Origin: an uncultured Actinomycetota bacterium
Lineage (GTDB): Bacteria > Actinomycetota > Actinomycetes > JACCUZ01
Direction: 5' to 3'
DNA: 64,000 bases
Assembly (NCBI GenBank): GCA_963807005.1
Contig: CAWDZK010000001.1
Location: 1,072,337 to 1,136,336 of the forward strand
The position numbers and the translations under genes are program-made. The notes below the pieces were generated by a model, which worked only from the letters and a program-made list of their open reading frames with translations, did not search any database and was not told where the DNA came from. Shown here in pieces: positions 1-9,633 of this stretch (positions are counted from its first letter, which is position 1; each line of letters opens with the position of its first letter).

Positions 1-487
1 CGGCCAGGGCACCGATCAGGGTCCCGGTGTTCCAGAGCACGAAGATCGACAGTCCGGTGGCCCAGAAGCCGAGCCGGCCGGCCGGTCGCCCGAGCCGGTC
101 CCCGCCCACCGCCTCGCCGCCGAGGGCCACCGCGGTCGACTCGTCGATGACCAGCTGGGCGCCGACGAGCCGACGCAGACCGCGCAGCTGCAGCATCGGG
201 GCCAGGCGCACGCCGTAGACCAGGTTCCGCACGCCGAGCAGGACCGCCGACGCCGTGCCGGAGGCCAGTGCGCCGCCACTGCCGATCACCCCGATCAGGG
301 CGAACTGCGACCCGCCGCTGAAGATCAGCACGGACAGGGCGCAGGTCTGGGCGACCGACAGGCCGGCCGCGGTGCCGAGGGCACCGAAGGACAGGCCGTA
401 CGCGCCGGTCGCGACGCCGACCGAAAGCGCGGTCCGCACGACCTGCCCGCGGACGTCCTCCCAGCCGGGAACGGTCGCCTCGCTCAC
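1..487 (-). CDS. AzlC-family branched-chain amino acid exporter permease (3' end runs off window)
   Basis: Manual translation from GTG 487 gives ...[41 protein letters not shown]...[23 protein letters not shown], typical of AzlC; GTGA overlap with the upstream GNAT stop. Confidence 0.85.
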   Translation of the reverse strand, partial: MSEATVPGWEDVRGQVVRTALSVGVATGAYGLSFGALGTAAGLSVAQTCALSVLIFSGGSQFALIGVIGSGGALASGTASAVLLGVRNLVYGVRLAPMLQLRGLRRLVGAQLVIDESTAVALGGEAVGGDRLGRPAGRLGFWATGLSIFVLWNTGTLIGALA

Positions 488-1026
488 AGCTCGACCAGGG
501 CTGTCCGCCAGCGGGACTGGTCGACCAGGACCGCCCCGTCGCCGCGCAGGTCCAGGCTGCGGCTGGCGCCGTCGGCGTCCCACCCCGCGCCGGCGAGGAA
601 CTCGCGCAGGTCGCGCTCCGCGTCGGTGAGCCAGACGTGCAGGTGGTGGACGCCGTCGATCCGCGCGAGGTCGGCCACGGCGTTGACCAGCCGGCTCCCG
701 TGCCCGTGGCCGGTCGCGGCCGGGTCGACGCACAGGGCCAGCAGCTCGCCGTCCAGCGCCGGGATGGTGTCCGGGTCGGACGCCGGGGCGAGAGCGGCGA
801 AGCCGACCACCTGCTCGCCGGCGAGGGCGGTGAGCACCCGGTGCCGCGGCGAGGGCGGCTCCGCGGCGGCGGCGGCCCACCGCTCCGCGGCGGCCGCGGA
901 CCCGACGGCCTCGACGACGTCGGCGGGCAGCCCGTCGCCGTGCACCGCCGACCAGACGGCGGCCTGGATCCGGGCCAGGTCGGCGGCGTCACTGGCGGTC
1001 GCAGGGCGCACGCTCACGTCGGCCAT
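484..1026 (-). CDS. GNAT-family N-acetyltransferase
   Basis: [21 protein letters not shown]..., VVGFA, acetyl-CoA loop [11 protein letters not shown]; possible own -10 (GAGGAT) 7 nt before the ATG. Confidence 0.85.
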   Translation of the reverse strand: MADVSVRPATASDAADLARIQAAVWSAVHGDGLPADVVEAVGSAAAAERWAAAAAEPPSPRHRVLTALAGEQVVGFAALAPASDPDTIPALDGELLALCVDPAATGHGHGSRLVNAVADLARIDGVHHLHVWLTDAERDLREFLAGAGWDADGASRSLDLRGDGAVLVDQSRWRTALVEL

Positions 1027-1061
1027 GCCGAGGATCCTCTCAGCCGGACCGGCGCAGCGGC

Positions 1062-1727
1062 TCAGCCCAGGTGCACCAAGATCTCCGCTCAGCGGCTTGC
1101 GGTGCAGGTCGGGCACCTGCGCGTCGTCCGCGGGGTAGCCGACCGGCACGACCAGGAACGGGCGCTCCTCGCGCGGCCGGCCGAGCACCTCGTTGAGGAA
1201 CCGCATCGGGCTCGGGGTGTGCGTGAGGGTGGAGAGCCCGGCTGCGTGCAGCGCGGCCAGCAGCAGCCCGACCGCGATGCCGACCGACTCCTTGACGTAG
1301 TACGGCCGGGGGCTGGCCGGCCCCTTGTGCACCTCCATCACGACGATCACGTACGGCGCCACCTCGAGGAACGGCTTGCGCCAGTCGGTGCCGAGGGGGG
1401 CGACCGCCTCGAGCCACTCCTCGGAGGCCCGCCCGTCGTAGAAGGCCCGCTCCTCCTCCTCGGCCGCCGCTCGCATCCGGCGCTTGAGGTCCGGGTCGCT
1501 GACCACGACGAACCGCCACGGCTGCACGTGCGCGCCGCTCGGGGCGGTGCCGGCCGCTCGGACCGCGTCCTCGACCAGCTCGAACGGGACCGGCCGGGGG
1601 AGAAGTCGCGCACGGTGCGCCGGCTCGACATGAGCGCGACGAAGGTCGACGCGTCCTGGCGAGCCTGCTCCGGGGAGCGGGTGTCGCGAGGGAGCGGGAC
1701 GGTGACGTGTCGCGGGTCGCAGCTCAT
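1062..1727 (-). pseudogene. Iodotyrosine deiodinase-like nitroreductase with two apparent frameshifts (pseudogene or assembly error)
   Basis: Motifs [68 protein letters not shown] are spread over frames; one base missing at the G5 run 1596-1600 and one extra near 1085-1090 (expected end EILVHLG*, stop 1062-1064). Confidence 0.75.
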
Positions 1728-1765
1728 GGGCCCATGCTGACAGCGGTCGGGCCTACCCTTGGCCC

Positions 1766-2566
1766 GTGCCCGTCGACACCCAGTACGAGGACCTCCTCCG
1801 GCACGTGCTCGAGCACGGTGCCAGCCGCCCGGACCGCACCGGCACCGGGTCGCGGAGCATCTTCGGCCACCAGATGCGCTACGACCTGTCCCGGGGCTTC
1901 CCGTTGATCACCACCAAGCGGGTGCACTTCCGCTCGATCGCCTACGAGCTGCTCTGGTTCCTCCGCGGCGACAGCAACGTCCGCTGGCTGCAGGAGCGCA
2001 AGGTCACCATCTGGGACGAGTGGGCCGCTGCCGACGGCGAGCTCGGCCCGGTCTACGGAGTGCAGTGGCGGTCCTGGCCCACTCCTGACGGCGGCCACAT
2101 CGACCAGGTCAGCCGGGTGCTGGAGCAGCTGCGCACCGACCCGACCTCGCGGCGGATCATCGTCTCGGCGTGGAACGTCGGTGAGCTCGACCAGATGGCG
2201 CTGCCGCCGTGCCACATGATGTTCCAGTTCTACGTCGCCGACGGCCGGCTCTCCTGCCAGCTGTACCAGCGAAGCGCGGACCTGTTCCTCGGCGTACCGT
2301 TCAACATCGCGAGCTACGCGCTGCTCGTGCACCTCGTCGCCCAGCAGGTCGGGCTGCAGCCCGGCGACTTCGTCTGGACCGGTGGCGACTGCCACATCTA
2401 TGACAACCACGTGGAGCAGGTCCGCGAGCAGCTGTCCCGCGACGCCTTCCCGTTCCCGCAGCTCGTGGTCAAGCCGGCGGCGTCGCTGTTCGACCACGAC
2501 TACGACGACCTCGAGGTCGTCGGCTACCAGCACCACCCCGCCCTTCGGGCGCCGGTGGCGGTGTGA
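1766..2566 (+). CDS. thyA: Thymidylate synthase
   Basis: [42 protein letters not shown] motifs. Confidence 0.98.
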   Translation: MPVDTQYEDLLRHVLEHGASRPDRTGTGSRSIFGHQMRYDLSRGFPLITTKRVHFRSIAYELLWFLRGDSNVRWLQERKVTIWDEWAAADGELGPVYGVQWRSWPTPDGGHIDQVSRVLEQLRTDPTSRRIIVSAWNVGELDQMALPPCHMMFQFYVADGRLSCQLYQRSADLFLGVPFNIASYALLVHLVAQQVGLQPGDFVWTGGDCHIYDNHVEQVREQLSRDAFPFPQLVVKPAASLFDHDYDDLEVVGYQHHPALRAPVAV

Positions 2567-2579
2567 CCCCGCGCCGGAC

Positions 2580-3128
2580 GTGATCGGCCTGGTCTGGGCC
2601 CAGGCCGCGAACGGCGTCATCGGCCGCGACGGCACGCTGCCCTGGCACCTGCCGGAGGACCTGGCCCGCTTCAAGGCCCTGACGACCGGCGCCACCGTCG
2701 TGATGGGACGCGCCACCTGGGACTCGCTGCCCGCGTCGGTGCGCCCGCTGCCCGGCCGTCGCAACGTGGTGCTCACGCGGCAGGAGGGGTGGTCGGCCGA
2801 CGGCGCGGACGTCGCGCACACGGTCCGCGAGGCGCTGGACCACGACGGCGACGTCTGGGTCGTGGGCGGAGCCAGCGTCTACCGCGAGGCCATGGCGTAC
2901 GCCGACGTGCTGGTCGTCACCGAGATCGACCGGGACGTCGACGGCGACACGACCGCGCCGGTGGTCGGGCCGCCCTGGCGGGTCGCCGCGCTCGACCCGG
3001 CGACCGGGTTCCACCCGTCGCGCGGGGGGCTGGGGTTCCGTGTCGTCACCTGGCGCAAGGACTCCGGGCGGGCGGCGGGACCCGCGCGGGGGAGCGGCAC
3101 CGGTGGGCCCACGGGGGCGGGCCGGTAG
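2580..3128 (+). CDS. dfrA: Dihydrofolate reductase
   Basis: MIGLVWAQAANGVIG, LPWHLPEDLARFK, VVMGRATWDSL, RPLPGRRNVVLT, VVGGASVY; follows thyA. Confidence 0.95.
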   Translation: MIGLVWAQAANGVIGRDGTLPWHLPEDLARFKALTTGATVVMGRATWDSLPASVRPLPGRRNVVLTRQEGWSADGADVAHTVREALDHDGDVWVVGGASVYREAMAYADVLVVTEIDRDVDGDTTAPVVGPPWRVAALDPATGFHPSRGGLGFRVVTWRKDSGRAAGPARGSGTGGPTGAGR

Positions 3129-3138
3129 TTTGGGAGCC

Positions 3139-4035
3139 ATGTCGAGCACAGCAGCGGCGACCGCCTTCGGGCGCGTCCTCACCGCGATGGTCACCCCGTT
3201 CCGGTCCGACGGCTCCCTCGACCTCGAGGCGGCCCAACGGCTGGCCGCCCACCTGGTCGACCAGGGCCACGACGGTCTGGTCATCAGCGGCACCACGGGG
3301 GAGTCGCCGACCACCAGCGACCAGGAGCAGGAGCAGCTCCTGCGAGCCGTGGTCGAGGCGGTCGGTGACCGGGCCCGGGTGGTGGCCGGCTCCGGCACCA
3401 ACGACACCCGCCACACGGTCGAGCTGAGCCGGGCGGCCGAGAAGGCCGGCGCCCACGGCCTGCTGCTGGTGACGCCGTACTACAACAGGCCGCCGCAGGA
3501 GGCGCTGGTCCGGCACTTCGTCGCCGCGGCGGACTCCGTCGACCTCCCGGTGATGCTGTACGACATCCCGGTCCGCACCGGCACGCCGATCGAGTACGAC
3601 TCGCTGGTCCGGCTGTCCGGGCACGACCGGATCCTCGCCGTGAAGGACGCGAAGGGCGACCTGTTCCAGGGGTCGCGGGTGATGGCGGAGACCGACCTCG
3701 CCTACTACTCCGGCGACGACGCGATGAACCTGGCCTGGCTCACCCACGGCGGCACCGGCGTGGTGTCGGTCGTCGGCCATGTGCGGGGTGCCGACTACGC
3801 CGACATGGTCGCGGCCGTCGACCGCGGCGACCTGAGCGGCGCGCTGGCGATCCACCGCCGCCTCATCCCCGTCGTCCGCGCGATCATGGACCGGTCCTCG
3901 CAGGGGGCGATCCGCGTCAAGGCCGCGCTCCAGCTGCTCGGGCTGATCCCCGAGCGCACCGTCCGGCCCCCGTTGCTGGACGCCTCGGACGACGAGGTGG
4001 CCCGTCTGCGTGAGGCCCTCGGGGTCGTCGCGTGA
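3139..4035 (+). CDS. dapA: 4-hydroxy-tetrahydrodipicolinate synthase
   Basis: TAMVTPF, GTTGESPT, VTPYYNRP, YDIPVRT, AVKDAKGD. Confidence 0.96.
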   Translation: MSSTAAATAFGRVLTAMVTPFRSDGSLDLEAAQRLAAHLVDQGHDGLVISGTTGESPTTSDQEQEQLLRAVVEAVGDRARVVAGSGTNDTRHTVELSRAAEKAGAHGLLLVTPYYNRPPQEALVRHFVAAADSVDLPVMLYDIPVRTGTPIEYDSLVRLSGHDRILAVKDAKGDLFQGSRVMAETDLAYYSGDDAMNLAWLTHGGTGVVSVVGHVRGADYADMVAAVDRGDLSGALAIHRRLIPVVRAIMDRSSQGAIRVKAALQLLGLIPERTVRPPLLDASDDEVARLREALGVVA

Positions 4036-5717
4036 GCCACCCGCACCCGGAGCTCGGGCCGCCCCCCGAGCTGCCCGAGGGCGGCCTTCGCATCGTCGCG
4101 CTCGGCGGCCTGGGCGAGGTCGGCCGGAACATGACCGTCTTCGAGCACGCGGGGCGGCTGCTGGTCGTCGACTGCGGGGTGCTGTTCCCCGAGGACTTCC
4201 AGCCCGGCGTCGACCTGATCCTCCCGGACTTCGACTACATCCGGGACCGGCTCGAGCTGGTCGACGGCATCGTGCTCACCCACGGCCACGAGGACCACAT
4301 CGGCGCGGTGCCGTACCTGCTGCGTGAGAAACCCGACATCCCGGTGATCGGTTCCCGGCTCACCCTGGCCATGATCGAGGCCAAGCTGCAGGAGCACCGG
4401 ATCACGCCGTACACGCTCGAGGTGAAGGAGGGCGACCGCGAGCAGGTCGGCCCGTTCGGCCTCGAGTTCGTCTCGGTCAACCACTCCATCCCGGACGCCC
4501 TCGCGGTGGCGATCCGGACCGCCGCCGGGCTTGTCCTGCACACCGGCGACTTCAAGATGGACCAGCTGCCCCTCGACGGCCGGCTCACCGACCTGCGGGC
4601 GTTCGCCCGGCTCGGCGACGAGGGCGTCGACCTGCTGCTCTCCGACTCGACCAACGCCGAGGTGCCCGGGTTCACCACCCCGGAGCGGCAGATCACCCCG
4701 GTGCTCGACCGGGTGTTCGCCCAGGCCAGCAAGCGGATCATCGTGGCGTCGTTCGCGAGCCACGTGCACCGGGTTCAGCAGGTGCTGGACACCGCCCAGA
4801 AGCACGGGCGCAAGGTCGCTTTCGTCGGTCGCTCGATGGTCCGGAACATGGGCGTGGCCCGCGACCTCGGCTACCTCGACGTGCCGGGAGGGTTGATGGT
4901 CGACCCGAAGGCGCTCGACGACCTGCCCGAGAACAAGGTGGTGCTCGTCTGCACCGGGTCGCAGGGCGAGCCGATGTCCGCTCTCTCGCGGATCGCCAAC
5001 CGTGACCACGTGATCCGCGTGGGCGAGGGCGACACGGTGATCCTCGCCTCGTCGCTGATCCCCGGCAACGAGAACTCCGTCTTCCGGGTCATCAACGGCC
5101 TGACCCGGTGGGGCGCCACGGTCGTGCACAAGTCCAACGCCCTGGTGCACGTGTCCGGCCACGCATCCGCCGGCGAGCTGCTCTACGTCTACAACATCGT
5201 CCGGCCGAGCAACGTCCTGCCGGTGCACGGCGAGTGGCGGCACATGCGGGCCAACGCGGAGCTTGCGGTGCAGACCGGGGTGCCGCGCGACCGGGTGGTG
5301 CTCGCCGAGGACGGCGTCGTCGTCGACCTGGTCGACGGCCGGGCCAGCATCGTCGGCACCGTGCCCTGCGGGTACGTCTACGTCGACGGCTCCAGTGTCG
5401 GTGACGTCACCGAGGCATCCCTGAAGGACCGGCGGATCCTTCGGGACGAGGGCTTCATCTCGGTGGTCGTGGTGGTCGACTCGGTCACCGGCAAGGTGCA
5501 GGGCGGCCCGGAGATCCACGCCCGCGGGTTCGCCGAGGACGACAGCGTCTTCGACGGCGTACGGGCCAAGATCGAGCAGGCGCTGGAGAAGGCGGCCTCG
5601 GAGGGCATCGGCGACAGCCGCCAGCTCGAGCAGCTGGTGCGCCGTACGACCGGCAAGTGGGTCAGCGACACCTACCGGCGCCGGCCGATGATCATCCCCC
5701 TCGTCGTCGAGGTCTGA
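4032..5717 (+). CDS. rnj: Ribonuclease J
   Basis: LGGLGEVGRNM, THGHEDHIG, HTGDFK, GSQGEPM, HVSGHA, PVHGEWRH; conserved dapA-rnj linkage. Confidence 0.97.
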   Translation: MSHPHPELGPPPELPEGGLRIVALGGLGEVGRNMTVFEHAGRLLVVDCGVLFPEDFQPGVDLILPDFDYIRDRLELVDGIVLTHGHEDHIGAVPYLLREKPDIPVIGSRLTLAMIEAKLQEHRITPYTLEVKEGDREQVGPFGLEFVSVNHSIPDALAVAIRTAAGLVLHTGDFKMDQLPLDGRLTDLRAFARLGDEGVDLLLSDSTNAEVPGFTTPERQITPVLDRVFAQASKRIIVASFASHVHRVQQVLDTAQKHGRKVAFVGRSMVRNMGVARDLGYLDVPGGLMVDPKALDDLPENKVVLVCTGSQGEPMSALSRIANRDHVIRVGEGDTVILASSLIPGNENSVFRVINGLTRWGATVVHKSNALVHVSGHASAGELLYVYNIVRPSNVLPVHGEWRHMRANAELAVQTGVPRDRVVLAEDGVVVDLVDGRASIVGTVPCGYVYVDGSSVGDVTEASLKDRRILRDEGFISVVVVVDSVTGKVQGGPEIHARGFAEDDSVFDGVRAKIEQALEKAASEGIGDSRQLEQLVRRTTGKWVSDTYRRRPMIIPLVVEV

Positions 5718-5752
5718 CCTGCACCCACCCCACCAGTACCGACCCTCCACTA

Positions 5753-5787
5753 CCCCCGCCCCCGCCCCCGCCCCCCGCCCCCGCCCC
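5753..5787. repeat. (C4-6G) low-complexity tract; six G-runs on the minus strand
   Basis: Sequence reads C5-G-C5-G-C5-G-C6-G-C5-G-C4. Confidence 0.9.
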
Positions 5788-5792
5788 TCCTG

Positions 5793-5854
5793 CGTCGAGT
5801 GGCGCGTAGTGGTCGGCAATCCGGCCTCGGGCAGCCACTACGCGCCACTCAACG
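5793..5854. repeat. Family-1 REP-like palindrome, copy 1
   Basis: GAGTGGCGCGTAGTGG (5797-5812) / CCACTACGCGCCACTC (5835-5850): perfect 16-bp inverted repeat with 22-nt loop; overlaps the stop codon of the nuclease gene. Confidence 0.92.
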
Positions 5855-6832
5855 GGTGGCGGCGCGGTGGTACCGCCGGAGACGAGCCTGGAGGCGGGCC
5901 CGGCCGTGGCCGGTGAGCGACGAGGCGCGGGCGAGTCGCCACCAGCGGGCGGCCCGCGCGGGGTCGGGGGCCAGGCCGCGAGCGTCCTCGGCGTCCCGGA
6001 TGATCATCAGCGGCTGGTGCGCGATCTCGGCCGGGGTGTAGCCGAAGCGCTCGGCCCCCAGCCTCAGCAGTGCCTTGTCGCGCCGCAGGTCCCGCCGGTG
6101 CCGCGCGACGTCCCGGTGCTCACCCCCGTCGCACTCCGGGTACCGGCTCGTCCCCACCAGGTGCAGATCGGCTCGCCCGACGAACCCGGCCGCGTCCCGG
6201 ACCTCGACCTGGCACTCCACCGGGCCGAGACCGGTCACGACGTGCAGCAGCCGAAGCACCGACTCCCACCACGACTCGCTGCGCGGGTCGGCGAGCGCAA
6301 CGGCCCGCCGCAGGACGACGGCGCCGCGGGCCCGTGGCCGGGCGGCGGCCAGGATGTCGGAGACGCTCGTGCCGCCGGCCAGCGCGCAGTCGACCATGGG
6401 GACGAGGTCGACGAGGGACAGGTCCTGGGCCAGCTCGAGCAGCGTCTCCGGCACCGACACGACCGGCAGGTCGTCCCACTCGTCGACCTGGGTGTACGCC
6501 GATCTGCGGACGTACATCCCGGACCGCTGGACGTGGACCTTGCTCGTCGTGCTCGCGAACACGAGCGGCGGCCGGCCCAGCCGGTGCGGGAGCCACCACC
6601 CCCGGGTGGCGGCCGAGGTGAGGTGCCCGAAGCCGCTGTCTCGGGGCAGCACCTTCGTGAACGCGCCCAGCTCGATGCCCGGGTCGCTCGGCCTGCCGGC
6701 GGGCAGGTAGAGCCCCCGGCTCAGCCGGTGCCAGCCCCGGCCGCGCAGCCGGCCACGACCGATGCCCAGCTGCTGGGCCTGGAGGAAGCGCAGCGCCGCC
6801 TCGGGCGTCGCGTCGGGTCGCGGGGCGAGCAT
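5849..6832 (-). CDS. AbiEi/DUF559 (Vsr-like PD-(D/E)xK) putative endonuclease
   Basis: WHRLSRGLY, GHLTSAA, LPVVSVPETLLELA, ADPRSESWWESVLRL, QVEVRD..FVGRADL, ECDGGEH, RDLRRD pattern of actinobacterial AbiEi+DUF559 proteins; start estimated. Confidence 0.78.
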   Translation of the reverse strand: MLAPRPDATPEAALRFLQAQQLGIGRGRLRGRGWHRLSRGLYLPAGRPSDPGIELGAFTKVLPRDSGFGHLTSAATRGWWLPHRLGRPPLVFASTTSKVHVQRSGMYVRRSAYTQVDEWDDLPVVSVPETLLELAQDLSLVDLVPMVDCALAGGTSVSDILAAARPRARGAVVLRRAVALADPRSESWWESVLRLLHVVTGLGPVECQVEVRDAAGFVGRADLHLVGTSRYPECDGGEHRDVARHRRDLRRDKALLRLGAERFGYTPAEIAHQPLMIIRDAEDARGLAPDPARAARWWRLARASSLTGHGRARLQARLRRYHRAATR

Positions 6833-6933
6833 CTGTCCAGGCTGGCGCCCCGCGGGCCGACGCGACCGCGGGCGCCGGCGTCGGTGGACGACGGGTGACC
6901 CCCGGGCCGCCTGGGGAGAACCGCCCCCACCCG

Positions 6934-6994
6934 GTCGAGTGGCGCGTAGTGGTCGAGAATCGGGGCCGCCGGCAGCCACTACGCGCCACTCGAC
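6934..6994. repeat. Family-1 REP-like palindrome, copy 2
   Basis: GTCGAGTGGCGCGTAGTGG (6934-6952) / CCACTACGCGCCACTCGAC (6976-6994): perfect 19-bp inverted repeat with 23-nt loop. Confidence 0.92.
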
Positions 6995-7088
6995 GAGGGG
7001 GATGGGGGTGCGGCGGGAGGGGCGACACGCGGGCGGCGTGACGGCTGTGACCTGTGGTGCAGGGGGGACGGACGGGTAGCCTCGCGGC

Positions 7089-9581
7089 ATGGCCACCCGT
7101 ACGCCCACGCGCCCACGCGCCACCAGCTCGCGCGGCACCGCGAAGCCGGCGTCGCGGAAGTCCACCCGCACGACCGCCCGGAGCCGCTCGGGCCGCGCCT
7201 CGAGGCGCCCGGTCCGGACCGGTCCGCCCTGGCCGCTGCGGGTGGTCCGCGGTCTGTGGCTGGGTCTGGCCCACCTCGTCGGTGCACTGGCCCGCCGGAT
7301 CGGCAGCAGTGCCCGGGACCTCGACCCGGCCCACCGCCGGGACGGCATCGGCCTGCTGCTGCTCGGCCTGGCCACGGTGGTGGCCGCCGTCGAGTGGTGG
7401 CAGCTCGAGGGCCCGGTCGGCGCCGTCGTGCACGCGGTGGTCTCCGGCTCCTTCGGCCGGGTGGGGCTGGTGCTGCCGCTGGTGCTGCTCGGGCTCGCGG
7501 TCCGGATCCTGCGGCACCCGCAGGACGCCGAGGCCGGCGGCCGGATCGGCATCGGCCTGAGCGCCCTCGTGCTCAGCGTGCTCGGCCTCGTGCACATCGC
7601 CCGCGGGCTGCCGGACCCCGGCCAGCCGGTGCAGCTGCGGGAGGCCGGCGGCTACCTCGGCTACCTGGTCAGCTCACCGCTGGTCTCGGCGGTGTCGGCC
7701 TTCGTCGCGGTCCCGCTGCTCGTCCTGCTGATGGTCTTCGGCCTGCTCGTGGTGACCGCCACGCCGCTGCACGCCCTGCCGGACCGGGCCAAGGCGGTGC
7801 TCGCCTGGCTGATGCACCGCCCCGAGGAGGACCCTGCCTCCGACGAGGGCGACGAGGAGGGGCTGCCCGCCGTCGAGCCGCTGGAGCCGCTCAAGCGGCG
7901 CCGTCCGCGCCGCCGGCAGGGGGTGGCCGTCGGCGAGGAGCCGGACGGCTCCGACACGCCGTACGACGACTCGGTGGTCGCCCGTGCCGCCGCGGCCGCG
8001 GCCGCCGAGCGCAGCGGCGCGACGGCCGCGCCGCCGGACGGCTCCGACGACGAGAAGTCCCCGCCCGACCACTCGCCGATGCCGGTCCGGGTCGAGCAGC
8101 TGCTGCTCTCGGGCGACGTGACCTACACGCTCCCGCCGGCAGACACGCTGCAGGAGGGCTCGCCGCACCGCGCCCGGTCGAAGGCCAGCGACGCCGTGGT
8201 CGAGTCGCTCACGCAGGTCCTCGAGCAGTTCGGCATCGACGCCCAGGTCACCGGCTACACCCGTGGCCCGACCGTCACCCGCTACGAGGTCGAGCTCGGC
8301 AACGCGGTCAAGGTGGAGCGGGTCACCGCGCTGTCGAAGAACATCGCGTACGCCGTCGCCAGCGCCGACGTCCGCATCCTCTCGCCGATCCCCGGCAAGT
8401 CCGCGATCGGCATCGAGATCCCGAACGTCGACAAGGAGGTCGTCAGCCTCGGCGACGTCATGCGCTCGGCGGTCGCCCGCAACGACCACCACCCGATGCT
8501 GGTCTCCCTCGGCAAGGACGTCGAGGGCGGGTTCGTCGTGGCGAACCTCGCGAAGATGCCGCACCTGCTGGTCGCCGGCGCCACCGGATCCGGCAAGTCC
8601 AGCTTCATCAACTCGATGATCACCTCCCTGCTGCTGCGGGCGACGCCGGACGAGGTGCGGATGGTGCTGGTCGACCCCAAGCGGGTCGAGCTCACGGCGT
8701 ACGAAGGCGTGCCGCACCTCATCACGCCGATCATCACCAGCCCGAAGAAGGCCGCCGAGGCGCTGCAGTGGGTCGTGCGGGAGATGGACCTGCGCTACGA
8801 CGACCTGGCGGCCTTCGGCTTCCGGCACGTCGACGACTTCAACAAGGCGGTGAAGACCGGCAAGGTCACGCCGCCGCCGGGCAGCGAGCGGGTGCTGACG
8901 CCGTACCCCTACCTGCTGGTGGTCGTCGACGAGCTCGCCGACCTCATGATGGTCGCCCCCCGCGACGTCGAGGACGCCATCGTCCGGATCACCCAGCTGG
9001 CCCGGGCCGCGGGCATCCACCTGGTGCTGGCCACCCAGCGGCCGTCGGTCGACGTGGTCACCGGCCTGATCAAGGCCAACGTGCCGTCCCGCCTCGCCTT
9101 CGCGACCAGCAGCCTGGCCGACAGCCGGGTCATCCTCGACCAGCCCGGCGCCGAGAAGCTGGTCGGCCAGGGTGACGGGCTGTTCCTGCCGATGGGCGCG
9201 AGCAAGCCGATGCGCATGCAGGGCGCCTGGGTCACCGAGGCCGAGATCGTCTCGGTGGTCGAGCACTGCAAGTCCCAGCTGCAGCCGACCTACCGCGAGG
9301 ACGTCACTGCGCCGCAGAGCTCCCGGCGGGAGATCGACGAGGAGGTCGGCGACGACCTGGACCTGCTCTGCCAGGCCGCCGAGCTCGTGGTGACCACCCA
9401 GTTCGGGTCGACGTCGATGCTCCAGCGCAAGCTGCGGGTCGGCTTCGCCAAGGCCGGTCGGCTGATGGACCTGATGGAGAGCCGCGGCATCGTCGGCCCC
9501 TCGGAGGGGTCCAAGGCACGGGACGTGCTGGTCCAGCCGGACGAGCTGGACGGCGTGCTGTTCACCCTACGGGGTGAGTAG
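7089..9581 (+). CDS. ftsK: DNA translocase FtsK
   Basis: N-terminal TM segments, GPTVTRYE, PHLLVAGATGSGKS, VVDELADLM, ATQRPSVDV, gamma domain STSMLQRKLRVGFAKAGRLMD. Confidence 0.97.
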   Translation: MATRTPTRPRATSSRGTAKPASRKSTRTTARSRSGRASRRPVRTGPPWPLRVVRGLWLGLAHLVGALARRIGSSARDLDPAHRRDGIGLLLLGLATVVAAVEWWQLEGPVGAVVHAVVSGSFGRVGLVLPLVLLGLAVRILRHPQDAEAGGRIGIGLSALVLSVLGLVHIARGLPDPGQPVQLREAGGYLGYLVSSPLVSAVSAFVAVPLLVLLMVFGLLVVTATPLHALPDRAKAVLAWLMHRPEEDPASDEGDEEGLPAVEPLEPLKRRRPRRRQGVAVGEEPDGSDTPYDDSVVARAAAAAAAERSGATAAPPDGSDDEKSPPDHSPMPVRVEQLLLSGDVTYTLPPADTLQEGSPHRARSKASDAVVESLTQVLEQFGIDAQVTGYTRGPTVTRYEVELGNAVKVERVTALSKNIAYAVASADVRILSPIPGKSAIGIEIPNVDKEVVSLGDVMRSAVARNDHHPMLVSLGKDVEGGFVVANLAKMPHLLVAGATGSGKSSFINSMITSLLLRATPDEVRMVLVDPKRVELTAYEGVPHLITPIITSPKKAAEALQWVVREMDLRYDDLAAFGFRHVDDFNKAVKTGKVTPPPGSERVLTPYPYLLVVVDELADLMMVAPRDVEDAIVRITQLARAAGIHLVLATQRPSVDVVTGLIKANVPSRLAFATSSLADSRVILDQPGAEKLVGQGDGLFLPMGASKPMRMQGAWVTEAEIVSVVEHCKSQLQPTYREDVTAPQSSRREIDEEVGDDLDLLCQAAELVVTTQFGSTSMLQRKLRVGFAKAGRLMDLMESRGIVGPSEGSKARDVLVQPDELDGVLFTLRGE

Positions 9582-9633
9582 CCGAGCGCACCCGGCCCCG
9601 TAGACTGGGGCCTCAGCACGGGAGGAGCACACG

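Noticed and set aside
484..1527. Apparent nitroreductase-GNAT fusion protein (347 aa)
   Set aside because: Arises from a single extra base near 1085-1090; the natural stop (EILVHLG*) is present in the adjacent frame and the GNAT has its own start and -10-like element
5849..6832. Type IV AbiE toxin-antitoxin system
   Set aside because: No AbiEii nucleotidyltransferase partner is adjacent; the C-terminus is a DUF559/Vsr-like nuclease domain
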